Of a stretch of 64,000 nt of DNA, positions 60,026 through 64,000 are shown piece by piece. Source of the DNA: Macrostomum lignano. Lineage: Eukaryota. Made by a program: the position numbers and the translations under genes. Location: positions 1 to 64,000 of the forward strand of contig NIVC01003526.1 of the NCBI GenBank assembly GCA_002269645.1, read 5' to 3'. A model generated the notes under the pieces. That model saw only the letters and a program-made list of their open reading frames with translations. It was not told the DNA's origin and did no database searches. Within the stretch, counting starts at the first letter, position 1. Each line of letters starts with the position of its first letter.

Positions 60026-62063
60026 CTTTAGCAGAGTCAACTATTGCAATATTTGGCGGACGATAACAAAAACACGAGGGCTCAAAAGCCAGAATCAGTC
60101 GATATATATATTTTAATATTAGGCATGCACAAAGTACGTGCGTACATTACAATCGATAAATTAAAAGGCAACTTGAGCGTGCCCCCAACCCCCCCAGCGC
60201 AGGCCAACCCCAAAACCGCAAATGCAAACTCTCAATATCAAGTCATCACATTTAGTTAGTTAGTTAGTTAGCATTTTTAGAATTAGCACCTAAAAATGAA
60301 GCTTAATCTCCATAATATTAATTACGAACTCTGACTGGTTGTTGAGGGTGTGACACCTGAGGATGCCTTTCACAAAGCTATTTAACCAGCCGCGACTGCA
60401 CCCCAACAGCGGACATTGCCAAAGGTGTTTGGATGACGTAGCCGATGACTTCCAAAGGCGAGCGACAAGCCGCGGTGACCGCGTCGGTAGACAGAGGCGC
60501 CTGCGGTATTGAAAGCCTGATGTAATATGAACAGACTGAGCACTCTTGCTTCAAAGAGACAGGTTTTCGTCTTCAAAAAGGAATGAAGCAGGACAACAGG
60601 GTTACTTTTCATACATTTACGCTCGCATTCTTCAATAAAAACCATCTCGACTATGACTTTGCGACTATGACTTTGACTTGGTCCAAGTTTATTGTCAGCA
60701 ATGTTTGAGAAAGCAATGTTTATTTTAATTTGATGTACACATAATTAAACTTTCTTTTTTGCAACGTCTGTATTTGATTACTCAAGCTTTTGAGGGTTTT
60801 GTTACGAGCAAAAAGCAAGTAATTGTAGTTTTTCTACAAGTTAGTTTATATACTTACAAAATTTATTTACATGTAGATATATACCCACTGCTCAGCAAGA
60901 TGTTAAAGTTTCCTCCCCAGAAACCAGTGGGGGTCAAATTTTCTCAGATCCCAGCCCCAAGTGACGCAACTCTCGCCACGCTAGCGGTTCTCATTTCAAT
61001 TGTGGGAAATGCAATTAGGCTGGTGAGTAGAGAGTGGAGCGGGATGGCTAGAGTTGGATTAAAGCTGCCACTTGTTGACCACTGGTTTCGGGGTGGTAAC
61101 TTTAACGTCTTGCTGGGTGTATAGTTGTCGTGAGGAAAGAACTATGAAAAACTGGGACGAGCCATGCAGTTTCCTAAGCGTTCTGCGATTCCTGGGGAGG
61201 GGGTGATCATGATCCTGTCCTTGAATGTACGCGGTCGTTTATTGCCGGGCGCAGATGCGTCGGAATCCTCATCGGACGACTCGTCATAGAACATACGCTG
61301 AGTCAGTCAAACTTGGGCCAAAGACTTTGACAGCTTGTAAGTTTTAAGTAAGCTCGCGGGGTCAGAGTTTACTACGCAACTTGTCACTCGCGAATAGCAG
61401 AAAAAACTTGTCAAGTTATACATTCTATGCAACAAACCACTTGTAACGGGACTTTTAACTTGTAACTTGTCACTTGTCACTTGTAAAATGCTTGTCGTTT
61501 GTAAAGCGTCTATGCAACGGACTTCACGGTTTACTTGTAATTTGTCAACTTGTCACTTGTAAACTTCGATTTGTCGATTCTATGCAACACCCCCTGGGGG
61601 GGGGGGTTAGAAAGCTGGGACCCTGAGACGAGAGCCAATGAGATTTCAGCTAGAGAGCCCACAGCCAAGCCCCAAACCCCACCAGGAATATCGATCCGCT
61701 TTTTCTCGCCCTTTATGGTCCCACCAGCAGGCCATAGACAATAAAGCCGGTTGCTGCACGAAGAATACGGGGCTCTCTGTGATTTGTTTGTTAAACTAAG
61801 AGAAAATTTAATAGCCAGTTAGAGTGAGGGGCGTATAGCTGGAAGTCCGCACCGTACTTGCTGGAAAGTAAGGAAGAAGGGAGCTCAGTGTCAGTGCCGC
61901 ATCTAAACCAAAGAAAATTTTATTCGACGATTTTGCTGAATCAAGTAAGTTTCACTTTGGGATTGTCGGGATTTTTAATGATTTTACAACCATTTGGCAG
62001 CGACAGAAAGTGAGATATTGACGAATATGCATACCGGTAGAAGCAATATATGGTTACTTTTTG

Positions 62064-62459
62064 GGCAATCCTTACGTACCCCCCGCCCGTAAATTCCAAA
62101 AATGAATTTTCCCACTAAAATGATTTTTCAAGTAAGTTTAAGGTATAATCTTTCATCCTGAAAAAATAAGTTTATTTTAAAGTAAATTTGTTTAAACATA
62201 ATACCATTTTATTTTGATTTTCGTACGGTAATCACTGTACTTTCACTGTACTTTTAATTGTTGACAAGCCAATCGTGTCTGATTGACCGGGCTTAGTGCC
62301 TTGAATAAACTTTATATATTAATTATTCAAACAAATTTACTTAAAACCAGCTTTTTTACTTTATCGTGAAAGATAGTAAGATAAATTTACTTGAAAAACA
62401 ATTTTTAGTTTAAAAATTGCGTTTTTGGAATTTACGGGAGTTACGGTCGAAGGATCGCC
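62064..62459. mobile_element. 396-bp Merlin-like MITE
   Basis: TIR starting GGCAATCCTT / GGCGATCCTT with inner CCCGTAAATTCCAAAAA match; exact 8-bp TSD ACTTTTTG (62056-62063, 62460-62467). Confidence 0.8.
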
Positions 62460-63334
62460 ACTTTTTGTTTTAGTAATTCACTACTTAAGCAAAGTTTGGT
62501 TGCAGGAAACTTTAAAAAATCGACATCATAAGTGTGCTATGATTCAGTCATTCGTGACCGAGCCAACTGTTTTATGTTTCTATGGTGTATGCACAGGCTT
62601 TGCGTAACCAAATACAGAAATCATCTGTGCACATAAATGACGTGTCAGTTATTACTAGTATAGAGCAATTGATAGAAAATCAAACAGGCAAGTCTAAGTA
62701 ACAATTTTGAGCTTCGTCATTCAAGTCTGACCTCCCGCATTCTATACTTACTTATTAATTTGAATTCGTGCTAACACCTCAATTTTAGTATGGTCGGTGC
62801 GAGTAAGTGTCCTACAACAAAACCTACGACAAAGTTGCTTTCCAGAGCGAATTATTTCTGGTTTCGTTTAATTCCCCAAGTTTCAGCCATTAGGCCCTGT
62901 GAAAAAACTGAGCGAATGCTCCAACTGTTCTATAAGTTCTATCATTAGTTGTTTCCCTTCTAGAATATTCTCGCTCATTACAGTATTGTCTACGACGAAA
63001 GTTGTCTCCCCTTATCATCTAAGTCTAATGTTAATACTTATTTACTAATAAACGTTATCTCTCTTATAAACCATAGATTTTATGCCTTCCGGTAGTATAT
63101 TCAGAGATGCAGGATGGTATAGGACACAATAATCTATGTGTTTTCAGGGATTATATTTGTCTGTTTATATCTTCGTTGTCAGTTGGTTGTGCCCATAGTC
63201 ATTAAACATTCAATATGATAAAACTTGAACGGTAACAATTTGTAACTGGTAAGCACAGTTATCGTCAGAACAAAAGTAGAATAATACTTATTGTCCCATG
63301 ACTGAGCGTGCGTTTTTGGTCCAAAAAGCGTGCA

Positions 63335-63440
63335 TTAATCTTACAGTCTATGGCCCAACCCTATGCGGCGTAGCAAAAAAAGCGTGCAGATAATGAAAAA
63401 AGCGTGCAGATAATGAAAAAGCGTGCAGATAAAAGCGTAC
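63335..63440. repeat. Short tandem repeat downstream of recombinase remnant
   Basis: AAAAGCGTGCAGATAATG x3-4. Confidence 0.8.
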
Positions 63441-63575
63441 AGCGCCACAAAAACAGCAGTTTGCAAGCAACGTTTATTAAAACAAAGGGGAAAAACACAG
63501 CAGAATTTAACACCGATGCACAGAAACAAAAAATCAGCAGTAAAACAGATGACAGCAGAAAGGTCGACGAAGATC

Positions 63576-64000
63576 TTAGATGCGTCCAAACGTGCAGCCG
63601 GTGACGGGACCACTGAAATTAAATACAACCTGCGGTACAGGCCCAGTAGTATTGGTGGTTGGGGGCTCCGCGATCACACGAGCAGCAGGATCGTCCGTAT
63701 TCGCCACGGCCCGTCGCGGGACCTTGCACGGAAGCGCCGAAACCTCCTTATCGACGCAGGCCACCTGGTTCGCGTGCATCGCCGTGTTCAACGGCGAGCA
63801 CATGTCCTGCATCTCGCCAACGCGGCGTGACCCGAATCGAAGGTACCGACAGAGGCCGTGGCCTTGTGCCCCGTGACCTTGCAAATGTCGGATACTGAAT
63901 GGCCGGCCACGGAGAGCTCCTTGATGACGGTGGACCGAACGCAGTGCGCAGTGTAGCGCCGGCTCAAGCTGGCTGCCACGCAAATGCGTGGGAAGAGCTC
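63576..64000 (-). pseudogene. C-terminus of Crypton/DUF3504-type tyrosine recombinase, frameshifted; runs off window
   Basis: YTAHCVRSTVIKELSVAGHSVSDICKVTGHKATASV then, in the next frame, RYLRFGS...VVFNFSGPVTGCTF*; matches YTNHSLRAT...ITGHKS..SL.xY pattern. Confidence 0.75.

Noticed and set aside
60041-60250. Candidate 5' LTR of the Gypsy element
   Set aside because: Does not end in CA next to the PBS and has no counterpart after the pol stop
61320-61600. ACTTGT-rich segment ending in TCTATGCAACACCCC, resembling a Harbinger terminus
   Set aside because: Only one end seen; no TSD

Overview
Eukaryotic, repeat-rich animal DNA: GC-rich exons with Ala runs, GT-AG introns packed with minisatellites. 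The style suggests a flatworm such as Macrostomum (inference only). Three host genes can be rebuilt with phase-consistent splice junctions: a 5-exon divergent Wnt11-like gene (minus, 9787-17973), a 2-exon achaete-scute bHLH gene (plus, 25026-26705) and an 11-exon PFTAIRE/CDK14-like kinase (plus, ~30421-54533). Mobile DNA includes several MITEs with 8-bp TSDs (one carries a degenerate piece of the 28S rRNA R2/I-PpoI target), a Mag-type Gypsy element, a Crypton-type tyrosine recombinase remnant, a probable solo LTR and a 2.6-kb tandem duplication. The most notable system is in a CDK14 intron: two diverged RTE-clade LINEs lie head-to-tail in the same orientation inside a (GAT)n microsatellite. 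Each starts exactly at the microsatellite edge with a ~72-nt HDV-like ribozyme fold, followed by a 2A-type (GDVExNPGP / IExNPGP) motif and an APE-RT-zinc finger ORF with unusual RT motifs (KAYPRV, GLREG). All assignments come from manual reading and motif recall; no searches or folding programs were run.
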